From Camelus ferus (taxonomy: Eukaryota), in assembly GCF_009834535.1 (NCBI RefSeq), contig NC_045698.1, positions 7,628,001 through 7,692,000 of the forward strand: 64,000 bases of DNA, read 5' to 3'. The notes below the pieces were generated by a model. That model had not been told where the DNA came from, searched no databases, and saw only the letters and a program-made list of their open reading frames with translations. Position numbers and translations under genes: made by a program. Positions 36,655 to 49,504 of the stretch are shown here, piece after piece. The stretch's first letter is position 1; each line of letters begins with the position of its first letter.

Positions 36655-39600
36655 AGAATTTTGTTTCCACATTAAAGCCCTAGAGAAAAGCAAGATTTGT
36701 CCCTAAATTAAAATGTTTGCAATATTTAGAGGTAAGGGTATAGTTAACATCTACATAAATATTGGCAGAGAAAGAAAACAGCGAGAAACACACTCTTAGG
36801 CTGCAGAGAAAACGCAAAGGTCAGTTGGAGACGGAGGTACCCAAGGTCCAGGCTCTTTGTCCTCACCGTGTAGAAAATCGTTTTCTGTTCGGCTTCCCCA
36901 GTGGCCTTCCAAGTACATTATGAAGACAGTTAAATCCCGCATCCCAGGACCTCAAGGTTTTCAGTGACTGGGCTAAGGTTAATCATTGTGAATTGAATGA
37001 AACAGCTTATTCAGGTAAAATCGATTGAAATCTTAATGAGCGAAAATGGAAATTTTGGCCACCAGTCTTCACTTTCTTTCCTGAGGAACGCTGTTGTGTA
37101 AGATTTTTTTGAAATACTACAGGAAGCCCGTGGAAGTTTCTATAAGACGTTAAAGAAGCTGATTTTGGTAAAGTCCCAGGAAGGATATTTTCCATTTATG
37201 GAGCTGTGAACATATAGCAATTTTACTTACTTTGATACTTCTTGTGATTTTTCTTTTAACCGATGTCTTCTAAATTTTGTGTCTACGTGGATTTCACATG
37301 GATGTGAATCTATAAAATTGACCCGGATTCTCTCTCAGCAGTAGAATTGATCTCCTTTTCCCTCTGTGTCTTGTAAAATACATCTGTGAACTTTCTGATG
37401 AAATTGAAAAGAGAACTTCTTCAAAGACCTGAACTATTTGCTAAATGTGTTTCCACTTTGAACATCAGTAGAATGAACACCTAAATGTGGGGTGAAAATA
37501 AGAGCATCTTCTTGACCGTGACTTTGCTTTAATCTTCAGTATTTCACATTCTGTAGGAAACCCCTTCATTCCTGAAGCATCCCCACAATGGATACGATCG
37601 CTCCGTAATCATCTATGAAAATAAGAAAAGCCCAGGTTTTTGAGAAGCTCTCTTTACAAGATTCTTGATGCTTAATGTGTTATTCTCTGGAGAATGGTCT
37701 TTGTTATCTGAAATCAAGTTTTCTTAGGCACTCATTCCTAGGGTTCTTTTCTGCATCTCCAGAAGATTGCCTTGACAAACAATTTTTTCTACAGCTAGAA
37801 GTCACTTAGCGCTACATTAGTGAGTCACAGCTAGTCGGCTGCCTCTTCCCCATTGCCCCCCTGGCGATAATTAGGGTCACAGACAGGTTCATTAATATCT
37901 GTTCCCTAGGATCAGACCTACTACCAGGGATCCCTGAGGGCTTATGGAGAAAAAGTCTTTAAAATTGTAATGATGAGTCTTACTCTAGAAGGATATTCCT
38001 TCCAGGTAAAGGAAGAGCACAAAAGAATAGGTTCCCGACTTGGGTTACCAGTTATCAGGGAATGTGTCACTGACACCTGGACAGGGTTTTGAAGGATGAG
38101 CAGGAGTTCTTTAGGAGGGAGGACCCTCTTCCTGCTCTGTGAGCCCATGATCAGAGACTTGGCATTCCACAGCTAAGGTTAACCTGTGACCTTCAGATGA
38201 TGGCCCCGGGGCCCTGTTTTCCCTTGCTCTTAAACAGAGATAGAAGTGTTTGGATGTTTATGTCGCCCCCGCTTCCCACAAGGATGGCTCCTAGTACAAA
38301 AGCCAGCTTCCTCTGCTAATCGGTGGACAAGCCCTAAGGGACAATGTGCGCTTCAGAGCCCCTCTTGGAGTCAGATGGAGTCTGGGACGCTACCTGAAAT
38401 TGCATCTTTGCTTGGCTTCTGCAGCTCCCTGACTCCACCCACCCAATGATGGGCGTCTGTGGCAACACACCTCCACAGACCCCTTGTGCCTGAATCCTGG
38501 GAGAAGCACGCCTCAGGTGGTGTCCGTCAGCTGCTGCTTCAGAGATCATAAATATTAGATCAGATGAATTTGTACTGCACGTGAAAATAATTCCTGAAGC
38601 GTAGTGTTTGTGTTAGTGATTTCATTATATTCTCACTTTTAAAAAAAAAAATCCTCACCTTCTAGTTGTCTTCCAAAGCTGGCCTTGAGAAACCATTGTT
38701 AGCATTGCCTTCTCCTCCTGCTGGCTCAACAGTCCCCTTAATAACTTTCCACGTGGCGGGAGCAAGGGCGCAAACATGAATAGATTACTCAGATCTACAC
38801 GACAGACCCTCCCTTTTCTGTCTTGGATTCACAGCTTTCACTTGGCCCGTTGGGGTTTCTCTAGGGCTTGTATCTCATCATTTTGCTCACTATTGCAGGG
38901 TTATTCATTTCATAAACCCACCTCCTAAACCCAATAAAACACAATTTCTTCAAAGCAGCCTTTTGTTCTCATTCTGTGAATATGGAAAAAAAAAAAAGGT
39001 GGAAAATCATGAACTTCTCATCTCAGAGACTTATTTCATCTTTTTGGCTCTGGCCCTCAGAGATCGGGGGGCTGAGTCAGACAGAGGCTCTCTGCTCTTT
39101 CTGGAGTCTTCCACCAATTACGTTAACATCCAGGCTGCTATCGCGTGTGGCTGGAGGCCGGCCACGGGCTTGATTTACTGCTCTCCTTCGCTGAAGCCCA
39201 TTTGCCCCGGGCTCAATAAGCCATGAAAAATAGCTCCTCAGTCAGCCTGACAGCCCCTGCTCTTGAGGCGTAAAGTCAATGGGAAAACCCGCAACAGGAT
39301 GGTCCATTCGCGTTTGACTCTGTTTATCTGGAGGAATAATCATCAGAATTAGTGACCCATTTTAGGGGAAGGTAGGTAGAAACTCAAGGAATTGATAGAA
39401 TTTCCCTGGGCTTAACACAACAAATCCCCTAAACTTCCCCCCCTCCCTCCCTTCCTTCTTTCCTTCCTTCCTATCTTGAAACTGACTGTAGCTTCATAAC
39501 TGGTGGGGAGTTTGGTGTGACTTCAGAAGTGAACTTACAAAAATTTAAAAAATAAATTGGCAGCACGACTCTGTCTTTCACAAAAGCTATTCTGTGCCAC

Positions 39601-40415
39601 CGCCTACCTCCCGGGAGGCGGGAGTGCTGAAGGCTCGCGTTTTCCGGAGAGGAAGGTGCTAGTCTTTCAACTGCAAACCACCTGACTTTGGGCAAATTGA
39701 ATCCCGTGCATCTCAGCTGTCTCGGACGCAGATAGGCGCCTAGTGTGAGTCCCACGCTGGGTGGTGGAAAGGAAAGAGATGAGGTTCCAGCGTGGAAACT
39801 AGCACATCCCGACTGCTGGATAAATGACTGTCGTGATTGCCACTATTAGACACACTTGCATACACAAAGCAGCTAGGGCTGGGAAAAGGAAAGAAGAAGG
39901 AAATCTTTGGGGGAAAATGGGATTTTTTAAAAAATGTAGTCTTGGAAGAGGCACTGACATGATTTCTTTGAGACTGTGGTTGGAGAGACCTGTGTGTGTG
40001 GATGTGGGTGGGTGGGAGGGGTGGGGGTGACCAGCAAGAGTGAGATCAGAGGGTCATGATTGTTCTGATGGCCTGTACCACCTCCAGGTGTCATGCGTCA
40101 ACAGTTCAGGGGTGTTGGGGCAACCCCCCCCCTCGGGTACATGGACTTCCCCCTAGCGATATGCCCAGCTGAATTGGACCAGGGGGTGGGAGCCAACATT
40201 AACAGCAGCTGTTTCATCTCAAACACAGCTTCCTCCGCAATTCTGTTCCTCCTCCTCTTCCTTCTCCCTTCCTTTTTGTATAACCCCCTAGTTTAGGGAA
40301 CTGTTCTATTGTAGAAAGTAGAGTCAGCAAGTGCTCATTGGAGCATATTAAGCAGGCAGTCTTCCTGAGGCCAAGGATACAAGTTTGTTGTTGTTTGTTT
40401 TCTTCCTTTCCTTTC

Positions 40416-40468
<53 letters not shown>

Positions 40469-40476
40469 CCTATCTA
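40416..40476. repeat. (ATCT)~13 tetranucleotide microsatellite
   Basis: Read directly; one variant ACCT unit at the right end. Confidence 0.97.
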
Positions 40477-41799
40477 GTTCTGTCCTGTCTGCAGTCAGAG
40501 ACTGGTACTTGAAAATGCAGATTATGTGATGTGGTCCTGTCTGAGGATTTAGGGTGAGTCTTGTTTGTTTGTTCTTGGTCTTGTTTTTGTTTTATTTATT
40601 TATTTTTTTGTGAGTCTTGATGTCTTGAGCTGGAGGCAAGAACAAAGACCTGAAAAGATGAAAGGATACCAGAGAAGGAGCTTTGTTCCTTGGCAGAAGC
40701 CACGTTAAAATGAAAACTTGTGCATAAGCATCGTTGACATGTGCATGTTCTGATCCTCGTGCTGGATGTAAGAAGTGAATTACTGGCAGAGTGAATTTCT
40801 TGGCAAATTTCTCCCTTCTCTCCTTCTCCACCTGGCACATACTTCTATACTTCCCTTTTATAAAAATCTGAGCCTTTCCAAAAGGGGATGTCATGGAAAC
40901 TCACAGGTCCTCATTCTTTAGGGAGAAATTTTCAAATATTGAAAACTCAGGAGAGAGAGAGACATGACTTAAAAATTAATTACCAAGAAAATGGTAAAAA
41001 TTCACCACTAGAAAGCTAGAAAGTCTGGCTTTTTAAGCCTCTCCCTTTCCTAGATTCAACTTTAAAAAAAGAGAGAAAAAAACACGGTACTTGGAATCTA
41101 CAAGCTAAATTGGGAGGGAAATCCTAGAGCATTTACATACCCCACTCGCTGCACTTGAGAACATATTTTGAATAAATGTAGGTATTGCAACTCTGGATAA
41201 ATTTGCATTAGGGTAAAAGATCATTTAGGGTAACTGTCATCACTGGGCAATTATTAGCACTCCTCCAATTGATCTATTCTATTTTAGAAATGCACACTTG
41301 CTTAATTCACACATATGTGAAAATTTTGCCACTTATTTCTCATTAAGTCATAGTGGAAAGGTAATAAACCGAGGAGATCTCAGTGCGAGCCCAGAGGTGA
41401 TTTTAGTTGATATTAAAAAACAGCCTCATTAAGACCCGCATTTACTAACAATTGACTGCATCACAGATGTTGGTGGAGGTCTGATCTGGTGTTACAGCCA
41501 GGGTGTGTGTGTTGATTTATGAGCCTGTGTTGGATTGTCTCCTGAGCAGAGAAATTGTATTCAGCTGAAAAATTCAATCTCAAAATTCCAAAACTTCCTA
41601 CCCAGAGTCCAGTAAATGTCAGTGGTGGAGGTAATGGGCCATACAAATAAAATGCCCGTGGTGGAAACGTGGGCAAGCCTGGTCCGTGATTTTAGTTTAC
41701 ATTAGATGCTCGGGTTCTCCACATGGCAAGGCTCTGTCTGCGATATAGTCGTGTCTTAGCCAAGAGTGGACTTTTTCTTTCCCATGTTTGGAAATCTTA

Positions 41800-42503
41800 T
41801 GTATTAATTTCCTATAAATGTTGTTAGTCCCACAAATGTGGTAGCTTAAAGTGATGCAAATGTATTCTCTTATTTTTAAATTTATTTTTATTAATTGTTT
41901 AATTTTTTATTGACATCTAGCCAGCTTACAATGTTGTGTCAATTTCTGGTGTACAGTATAATGTTTTATTCATTTGTATATATGTATATATATAATATAT
42001 ATATATATATATTTCATAATGGGTTACTCCAAGATATTGAATATAGTTCCCTGTGCTCTACAAAAGAAACTTGTTGTTCATCTATTTTATATATAGTAGT
42101 GTGTATTCTCTGTTGGGTCTAGAGGCCAGACGTCTGAAATGGGTTTCAGAGGGCTGCAATCAAGGTGTTGGCAGGACTGCACTCCACCTGGGAGTTCCCG
42201 GGGGAAGAGTCTGCTTCTTTGCCTTTTTCAGCTTCTAGTGGCCACTTACAGTTCCTCTGCTTGTGGCCTCAAGGCTCCTTCCTTTATCTTCCAGGTGCAT
42301 CACCAATCCTGCTTCCGCCCAATCTCCCTCTGCTTTTCTCTTTTAAGGAAACGTGTGATTACCTTTAGAGCACACTCAGCTAGTCCAGATCATACACCCA
42401 TCTCATGATCCTTAATTTAGTCACTTCTACTCCTGAAGGTACATCCACAAGGGCCAGGATTAGAAGCTGCCTATCTTTGAGGGCCATTTTTCTGCCCACC
42501 ACA
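41800..42503 (-). mobile_element. MaLR solo LTR (MLT1D-like) interrupted by an L1 3' end
   Basis: TGTATTAATTTCCTAT left end, GGCCATTTTTCTGCCCACCACA right end, TSD TCTTA/TCTTC. Confidence 0.85.
41871..42101 (-). mobile_element. Short L1 3' end nested in the MLT1 LTR
   Basis: CTTACAATGTTGTGTCAATTTCTGGTGTACAG...GAATATAGTTCCCTGTGCT. Exact 10-bp TSD TGTATTCTCT at 41861-41870 and 42102-42111. Confidence 0.9.
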
Positions 42504-42549
42504 TCTTCTGATGCAAATTATTAAATTTGATGGGAATCACCACTGTATC

Positions 42550-44700
42550 CTTTTTTTTTTTTTAAAAAAAAGTAATTATAGAACATTTTACATCTTATTT
42601 AATTAAATCTTTTAAACTAAGAAAATAATATGCTCGTGTTAAAGAAATTCAAGCAGTGCAAAGTGTGTGCAGTGAAATATGAGTTGGCCTTCCACCCCTG
42701 GCGAGGGTGGCCTCGGTGGCCAGGTGTCACCTTACTCCAGCCCCAGGCCCTTCCCCAGAGTTAACCATTTACCTGTTTCCAGAACGTTTCCACAAATGTA
42801 CTACACACTTTTAACACATGGAAAATTCTATACATGTTGCTCTGTCCTTGAACTTTCCGATTCCTTTATCTTGGCCTTCTTTCCTCATTAACACACCCAA
42901 TTTCATTTTATTTCTTTTAACTGTTGTGTGATATTCTGTTGAATGGAGGTAACATATTTATTTAAGCATTTCTTTTTTAAAAAAATTAAACATTTAGATT
43001 ATTTCCAGGATTCTCTCTGCCATCACAGTGTCACCTACAGTATTGTGTGCATATTTCTTTCCATATAGATCAGTGTTAGTTTTTCTTATTGCAGAATAGC
43101 ATTCCATTGTATAAACGTATCACAATTAGCTTATTTTTTTTCTCTGGTTGATAGACGTTTGATTGTTTCCATTTTTTGGCTATTATAGATAAAGCTGTGA
43201 TAAAAATGCGAACATAAACCTTTGTGTGAACATATTTTCCTTTCTCTTTGGAGCATGCTAGGAGTACTGGAATTGTCGCGTCGTGGAGTTTGTGTGTGGC
43301 CAACTTCAGTAAATCCCGTTCATGGAAGAAATTTTCCCACAATAAGGTATGGGGAAGTCATTCCAGCTTCTACCTGATTTAACTTGAGCTTTAGGCTAAA
43401 TAAAGCAACCTGTTTGTGGTCTATTGAATGTGCATTGTACATCTGCTTTAACCATTAAAGAAAAGAATGCATTTAAGACTCAAAATGGAGTAACTGTGGT
43501 TCAGGCATTCAAAATGGAGCTGGGTGGCCACTGGGGACATGGTTTCAGACACATTCCTGTATTACTGAGAACTTGAATTTTCTGAACTGCATCAGACTCA
43601 AGGACTCCACCAGCCATTCTCAAAACACTGTCCGCTCCCAGCTGCCAGCTGCAACCTTATGGTCTCAAAGTCTCCCCTTGTAACTGCAAACACTTTGGAC
43701 CCCAACAAATCCTTGCTTAACCAGCCTCCTCACTTCTTGCCAGCTCTAATCCTAACTCGTGACAAACAACTTATGTAACTGTGTGTTTTTTTGCCTGTAT
43801 AAGCCTCCCCCATTTTTAAGTCTGGGGGGATGCAATTCAAGTGCTTACTGAAGCTGTGTCTCCTGAGCTGCAGTCCTCAGTTTGGCTCAGATAAAATTCT
43901 TCTCTGTTGCGCTTATAGATTGTTCATTGACACCGTCAAACAGTTTCCAGAGGTGGCTGGAATGAGTTCACTCACCTCCCAGCGCTGTGTGGGAGTCCCG
44001 ACCGTTCTACATTCTTGGCATCACACCCCTTCTGTGTTGGCCATTCTGGTGGGTATGTGATAGTATTTTCTACTTTCAGTTAGCATTTCCCCATCACGAA
44101 TGAGTTTTGAATGGCGCTTCATATGTTCATTGGCCATTTGGTGCTCCTCTTAATGAATGAGCTCGCCTGTCCACATCTTTTTCCTATTGTTCTGTCGGTT
44201 CGCCTGTCTGGTGCTTACTGAGTTGCAGGAGTTCTTCACACAGTCTGGATACAACTTCTTTATCAGGTATATGCACTGGAAATATTACCTCCCTCTCTGT
44301 GAGTTCTTATTCACTCTCTTAATGTTGACCTTCCGCAGACAAAAGGTTTTCATTTTAATCTCTTCCAATTTCCCAAACTTTTCCTTGATGGTCAGTGTGT
44401 TTTTGTGTTACTTTATGAAATCTTTGCTACTCTGAGATCAGATGAGTAATCTCTTATGTGATTTTCTGGGTACACAACCACCTGAAATGGGTTTGTGTGT
44501 GTGTGTGTGTCTATGTAGAGTCTGAGGGCCTAAGATTCATTTTTTAAAAGTATGACTATTCAATTGACCTAGCACCAATTATAGAAAGGATCACCTTTTT
44601 CTTATGCCTCTGTACTTCACCTCTGTCATAAATCAAGTGAATGCACATGGGGAGGTCTGCTTCTGTACCTTCTATTCCATTTCACTGTTTGTCATTTGAT
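42550..44700 (-). mobile_element. Old L1 fragments (L1MB-ME), split by an LTR at 43320-43932
   Basis: TTTTTGGCTATTATAGATAAAGCTGTGAT, GGCCATTCTGGTGGGTATGTGATAGTAT, CATATGTTCATTGGCCATTTG and CAATTGACCTAGCACCAATT. The ORF at 43076-43342 (minus) carries ORF2-end-like IFITALSIIAKKWKQ. Confidence 0.8.
43320..43932 (+). mobile_element. ERV (class I-like) solo LTR
   Basis: Interrupts a collinear L1. Repeated CAAAATGGAG, TATA-like GTATAAG near 43797, GATAAA near 43890, ends ...ATTGACA. Apparent 4-bp TSD CCGT; the initial TG is not intact. Confidence 0.8.
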
Positions 44701-46518
44701 TTAGGGAAAATAAAGAATTGTGACTTTTTTTTTGCATCTGAGTGCCTTGGAGCAAATGTGTGCCATTAGGGTAATTCTGTTGCAGTCAGAGTGTGTGTAA
44801 AGGGTATTCTGAGTGCTCTTCTTCCCTTCGGTAAGATCAAGGGTTTAAGTCAATCATAATTAGATCCCCTATCCTTTTTCTGGGTCTTAGGAGGAAGTAA
44901 GCCAGTAACAGCTTTGGGGTAGAAAGTCCCATGTGAGGTTCAGCTGGAGAGAAATTCAGGGGGGCCTGTTTCAGGAAGGATGAACTTCCTCCGGTGGGTG
45001 TTGGCCTGTTTCCACAGCATTCCTCTTCCTGCTGGGTCTCATCCTGTCTCTCTCCGGCTCAGGATAACCTTGATGTTTCTCCAAGTCTTCTTCAGACCCC
45101 ATCTGCTCATTGCTGTCTGGGGTCCCGCCGGGCCCCCTCCCAGGATGGCCTCCCCACTGCTTTTGGTCTCTACAAAGCTTTTCCGCAGTCTGATGTCTTT
45201 CAGAAAGTCTCTCCTAATCCTATCAGCCCTTCCTGACCTTCCTCGCCTCTGAACCCTGCATCTGCTATTATTTCTGAATCGCTTGTTTTGGCCTTTGTAT
45301 CATGACTATTACGAAGGTTCTTGTCTCTCAAGCTGGAAGCCCAGCTCTGAGGGAAATCAAAGTCCCTTTCTGACCCAAAGCAGGTGCCCAATAGCTGTTG
45401 CGTCTGAGATGGAGGGAAGAAGGGGCCTGGAGGGCAGCTGGGAGGGACCTGCCCCGGGATGCTGAGAAGCAGGAGGGCCTGCTGCCTCTGGGGGACTCAG
45501 AATCCCCTGCCCCGTGTTGGATGCCTGGTGGTCCTAGTCCCCAACTGTCCTAAACCCTTGATTCATGTTTCCAAATATTTGAATTAGAAAAGATGCCAGC
45601 TCTCACACTGGGCAGAGCGGGTCACGGTCAAGGCATGGGGAAGGCCACATCACTCCTTCTGAGTCAGAACTTTGTTTTGTTTTTTAGCTGAAAATGGAAG
45701 CATTGCTGACATTCTCCTTCCCAGCTGAGAGCAAGCCTGCAGCCAAGGAGGCTGTCAGACTCTGAGGGACGGGCCGACACCGTCTCCAGGCCGCTCACAG
45801 CCGCGTCATCCGCATAGACAAACGCGCACACCTGCTGGATGAGACGTCCCCTAAATGGATGTCACGCAGCGTCAGTGTGCTGGGCCTTCGGTGCACCGTC
45901 ATGATGAACTGCGCGTGCCGGCAACGTACTAGAAGAAGCTGTTGGGTGCCGGGAAAGAGGGACAAATATGGAAAGATGTTCTGGTTGTTTGGGGATTTTT
46001 GCTGCTTGCTGGTGACAGATGTTTTTGGAATATTGTCCCCAGGCCTTGACAGATGTTCTCCACTTAACTTCCCCGAGGCTTCTGGCAGAATGGCAGGAGC
46101 GATCTGTAGTCTGTTTTCCCTTCTTTAAAAACATTTCCTGAGACTTGGAAAGTTGAAAAAATAAATGTTGCCACCCCAGTCTCCTCTTATTTGGTGACTT
46201 CTAACAAGGGTGCAGTGCAAAAAAAAAAAAAAAAAACCTGATCTGGCTTTGGGGATCCCTGGGATCATCTGTAGTCGGATGTCTGCTAAGCATGGGTCTT
46301 CTGTCTACTATAGGGGCATTTCAAGGAACCCATTAACCATTTTCTCCTCAATATCCCTTGGGTCCCAAGCAGAAGTGAGTGGAAGTAGAGTCATGTGGCA
46401 AAACGCATTTCTGATAACAAACCTTAGGTCTCAATTGTCTGAGCCTCCAGTTCTCCCCAGTGCTCTGTGCGTAGAGAGGTACTTCACCCCATGGGGACCC
46501 CAGGCTCTGCAGGGCTTC

Positions 46519-47030
46519 TTTTTTTATTGAAATATAGTTGATTTCCAATGTCTGTTAGTTGCTGGTGTATGGCAAAGTGATTCAGAGATATACTTTTTCA
46601 TTGTAGGTTGTTATAAGCTATTGAATATAGTTCCCTGTGCTGTACAGTAGGACCTTGTTGCTTATCTATTTTATATATAGTAGTTTATATCTGTTAATCC
46701 CAAACTCCTAATTTATTCCATCCCACCTTCCCCTTTCATAACCATGAGTTTGTTTTCATGTTTGTGAGTCTGTTTCTGTTTTGTAAATAAGTTCATTTGT
46801 ATCATTTTTTTTTTAGATTCCACATATCAGTGACATCATGTGATATTTGTCTTTCTTTGTCTGACTTGCTTCACTTAATATGACCATCTCTAGGTCCATC
46901 CATGTTGCTGCAAATGGCATTATTTCATTCTTTTTTATGGCCGAGTAGTATTCCATTGTATATATGTGTGTGTGTCTCTATATACATATGTATATCCCAG
47001 CTTCTTTATCCATCATCTGTCCCTGGACAT
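46519..47030 (-). mobile_element. L1 3' end (L1MA9/artiodactyl-type)
   Basis: TTTTATTGAAATATAGTTGATT...TAGATTCCACATATCAGTGA...TCTAGGTCCATCCATGTTGCTGCAAATGGCATTATTTCATTC. Confidence 0.93.
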
Positions 47031-47899
47031 GCTCAGGGTGGTCTACCAAGTGGTGGCATGAGTACGTGACTAACAAAAGTAGGCCCTCAGAGGATGCTGC
47101 CTGTCCTTAAAAGCAGAAAAGGGGGTCTTTCAGACAAGGGAGAGGCTGATTGGAGTTGGGCCAAATTTGTGATGTCACAGTTCCAGCATGGTGGACACAA
47201 CAAGGCAAGAGGTCTGAAGCAGCCTGGGAGAGGAAATGAATGTTCTGTAAGCCCCACAGATGAACCACTGTTTCTCCGAGTAAAGGGTTCCTACCTTGGT
47301 GAGAGCCAGCTGAGAAGTCCATTGTTGGGATTTACGGACTTTCAGGAAGTTCCTGAAACAACAATAGGGTAACTCACAAACTGATCTTCCTGGGCAAGAA
47401 TTTCCTGGAAAAGTGAAGTCCTGCTGATGTGGAGTGTTGAATAGTAAAGTCGTATTAGTGGGAAGCTCTGGGCTAAAGAGGGTTCCAGTTCTCACACGCT
47501 TTTCTTACAATTCTATAATCTAGGGGGAGGGAGAGGGTATGTATCTTGTCCTTGGTTACTTAAGAAATATGGAGGAAGGGAGGAACGGCATTTCTCAGAC
47601 GGGATAAGCCGAGGAAGATAGTGGGGACTTGGTATATGGGAGGATAGTGGATTTATGACTCCAGTGAGCTGGAGACGTGGGCTGACACAAGCAAGGCAGT
47701 GGGATTTATGACCCTGATAAGGAGGAGACGGGCGCCGAGACAAGTCGGCCTGAGCTGTGGTGAGGCTGGTCCCTCCCCAGGGCTGCCAGCTGTGCTGAGG
47801 CAAACACGGCAGGAAAGGGAGTGCTTCCTCTTTTTTGAGGGCTTGCAGGTGGACGTCTGAGAGTCCAGGAACGGGGGTCCCAGGGCCTCGGCAGGCACC

Positions 47900-48070
47900 A
47901 GTTAGCACTGCGCTTTACAATCGTTTTCTCATTTTAATTTTCACAATAACCTTGTAAAATAGATATAATTCCCATTAATTGCTTGAGAAGACTGAGGCTC
48001 ACTGAGATGCAAAGACAGTAAGTCACTTGCACAGCCAGGAAGTGATGGGGCCAGGACAGAATCCCAAGTC
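47900..48070 (-). mobile_element. MIR SINE
   Basis: TCACAATAACCTTGTAA...GAGAAGACTGAGGCTCA...AAGTCACTTGC. Confidence 0.65.
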
Positions 48071-48412
48071 CGGTGGGGTCCAGCCCCACATTGGGCACCA
48101 TGCAGCCCCTACCGAGGCATCACAGAGGCCACCCCGTGGGCCAGGTCCTGCCCTGTGTCCCCAGCACTGCCTGCTGTACCACATCCCTTGGCCCTTCCTG
48201 GGGAACGTTGAGAGTCTGTTGGATGAGTGACTTGCTCTCTGGAGCCATTCATCCTGGTATGGCTCACACTGGGTTTCCCTGACTGGGGTTCTTTTCAAAA
48301 TCCAGTTTTTAACAAGTCATGCTGCTTTAAAACCCTTCAGAGCTCCCCTCACCCCTGGGCCAAGTCCAGAGTCCTCAGCACAATTTAGAATGGTGGAAAG
48401 CCAGACGGAGGA

Positions 48413-48877
48413 TGTGGGAGTCTTTGAAGGGACCGACAGAGTGGCATAATGACTTTAAGCCGAAAATGTTTGGGTTGTAGCAAATGAAGAAAGAAACCTT
48501 ATCTGAACTTCCCTTATGTATTAAATCTGAGCTTCCTAAGAATTCAGCTTGCATAAAGCCCCTTCTGAGGCAGTCTCCAGTTGTGTGGACGACTGGCCTT
48601 GGACACCGTGACAGCCTAGACAGTTATGTAAATGAGCCTCGTCAGGATCTTCCATCTTTTCCCACTGAAGCTGTGCCCTCCTCACCCCTGCTTGGCCCCC
48701 CATTAAGCTGGCATATAAACCCTTACCCCTGGCTGTCTGGGAAGCCACTCTTTACAGAAGGCTCCTGCACGCATGTGAAAGAATCTTTTCTTGTACTTAT
48801 CTGTCTGTGGTCATTTAATTTACAGACCCCTGACCACTCGAACATCGGTTGATACGGGAAACGTTTTCCTCCCAACA
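48413..48877 (+). mobile_element. ERV (class I-like) solo LTR
   Basis: Inverted termini TGTGGGAG...CTCCCAACA, TATA box CATATAAA near 48712, and a U5-like end TTTAATTTACAGACCCC...TTTTCCTCCCAACA. Confidence 0.75.
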
Positions 48878-49375
48878 GAAGGAAATGAAAAATCCACTGG
48901 GATGGTATGACAATGACAATATGGTTGTACTGAGGGTAAAAAAACACAGAATTCACTCAGGGAGTGATGGATGTTGCCTGTGAATCGCCCTGTCCTATGC
49001 AGACCCTCCATTTTCGTTGCCACCATGGACCACTCATCACTCTTAGACTACAAACCTTAACTATGCTTTTTCTCATACTGGTCCCTCTTCTTCAAAAGCT
49101 CCAAAGCTTTTTCTCTGCTAAGAGATCTCCTCTGACAACATGTGAGGACTTCATCTTGAGGTCTTCTGCATTTGTACTGCCTCCTGCCAGACAGAATGAA
49201 GCACTCTTGACTGTGTGCCCTTAACAGTGTGATCATACACTCGCCCAGTCTTTGTGTACTTACCCACCTCCGTTCATCTGCTTAGCCATCTCTCCTTTCT
49301 TTCATGTATCCATTGGCCCACCCATTTACTTATTTTTTCATTCATCCATACATCTGTTCATCCAACACTCTTTCA

Positions 49376-49504
49376 GGGGGAGAATATAGCTCAGCGGGAG
49401 AGCGCTGTGCTTAGCATCACAAGATCCTGGGTTCAATCCCCAGTACCTCTATTAAGAAATAAATAAGTTACCCCACTCCCCCCAAAAATTTTTTAAAAAT
49501 CAAC
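49376..49504 (+). mobile_element. tRNA-derived SINE, Vic-1-like
   Basis: GGGGGAGAATATAGCTCAG...CCTGGGTTCAATCCCCAGTACCTCTATTAA. TSD at 49357-49374 and 49505-49522 (15/18 identical). Confidence 0.9.

Noticed and set aside
37853..37867. CTCF-like CGCCAGGGGGGCA on the minus strand
   Set aside because: Six G rather than five breaks the core spacing.
44815..44846. U2 snRNA 5'-like stretch (…TAAGATCAAG…)
   Set aside because: Only a 10-nt exact core; the rest needs gaps and the candidate TSD is poor. Compatible with chance.
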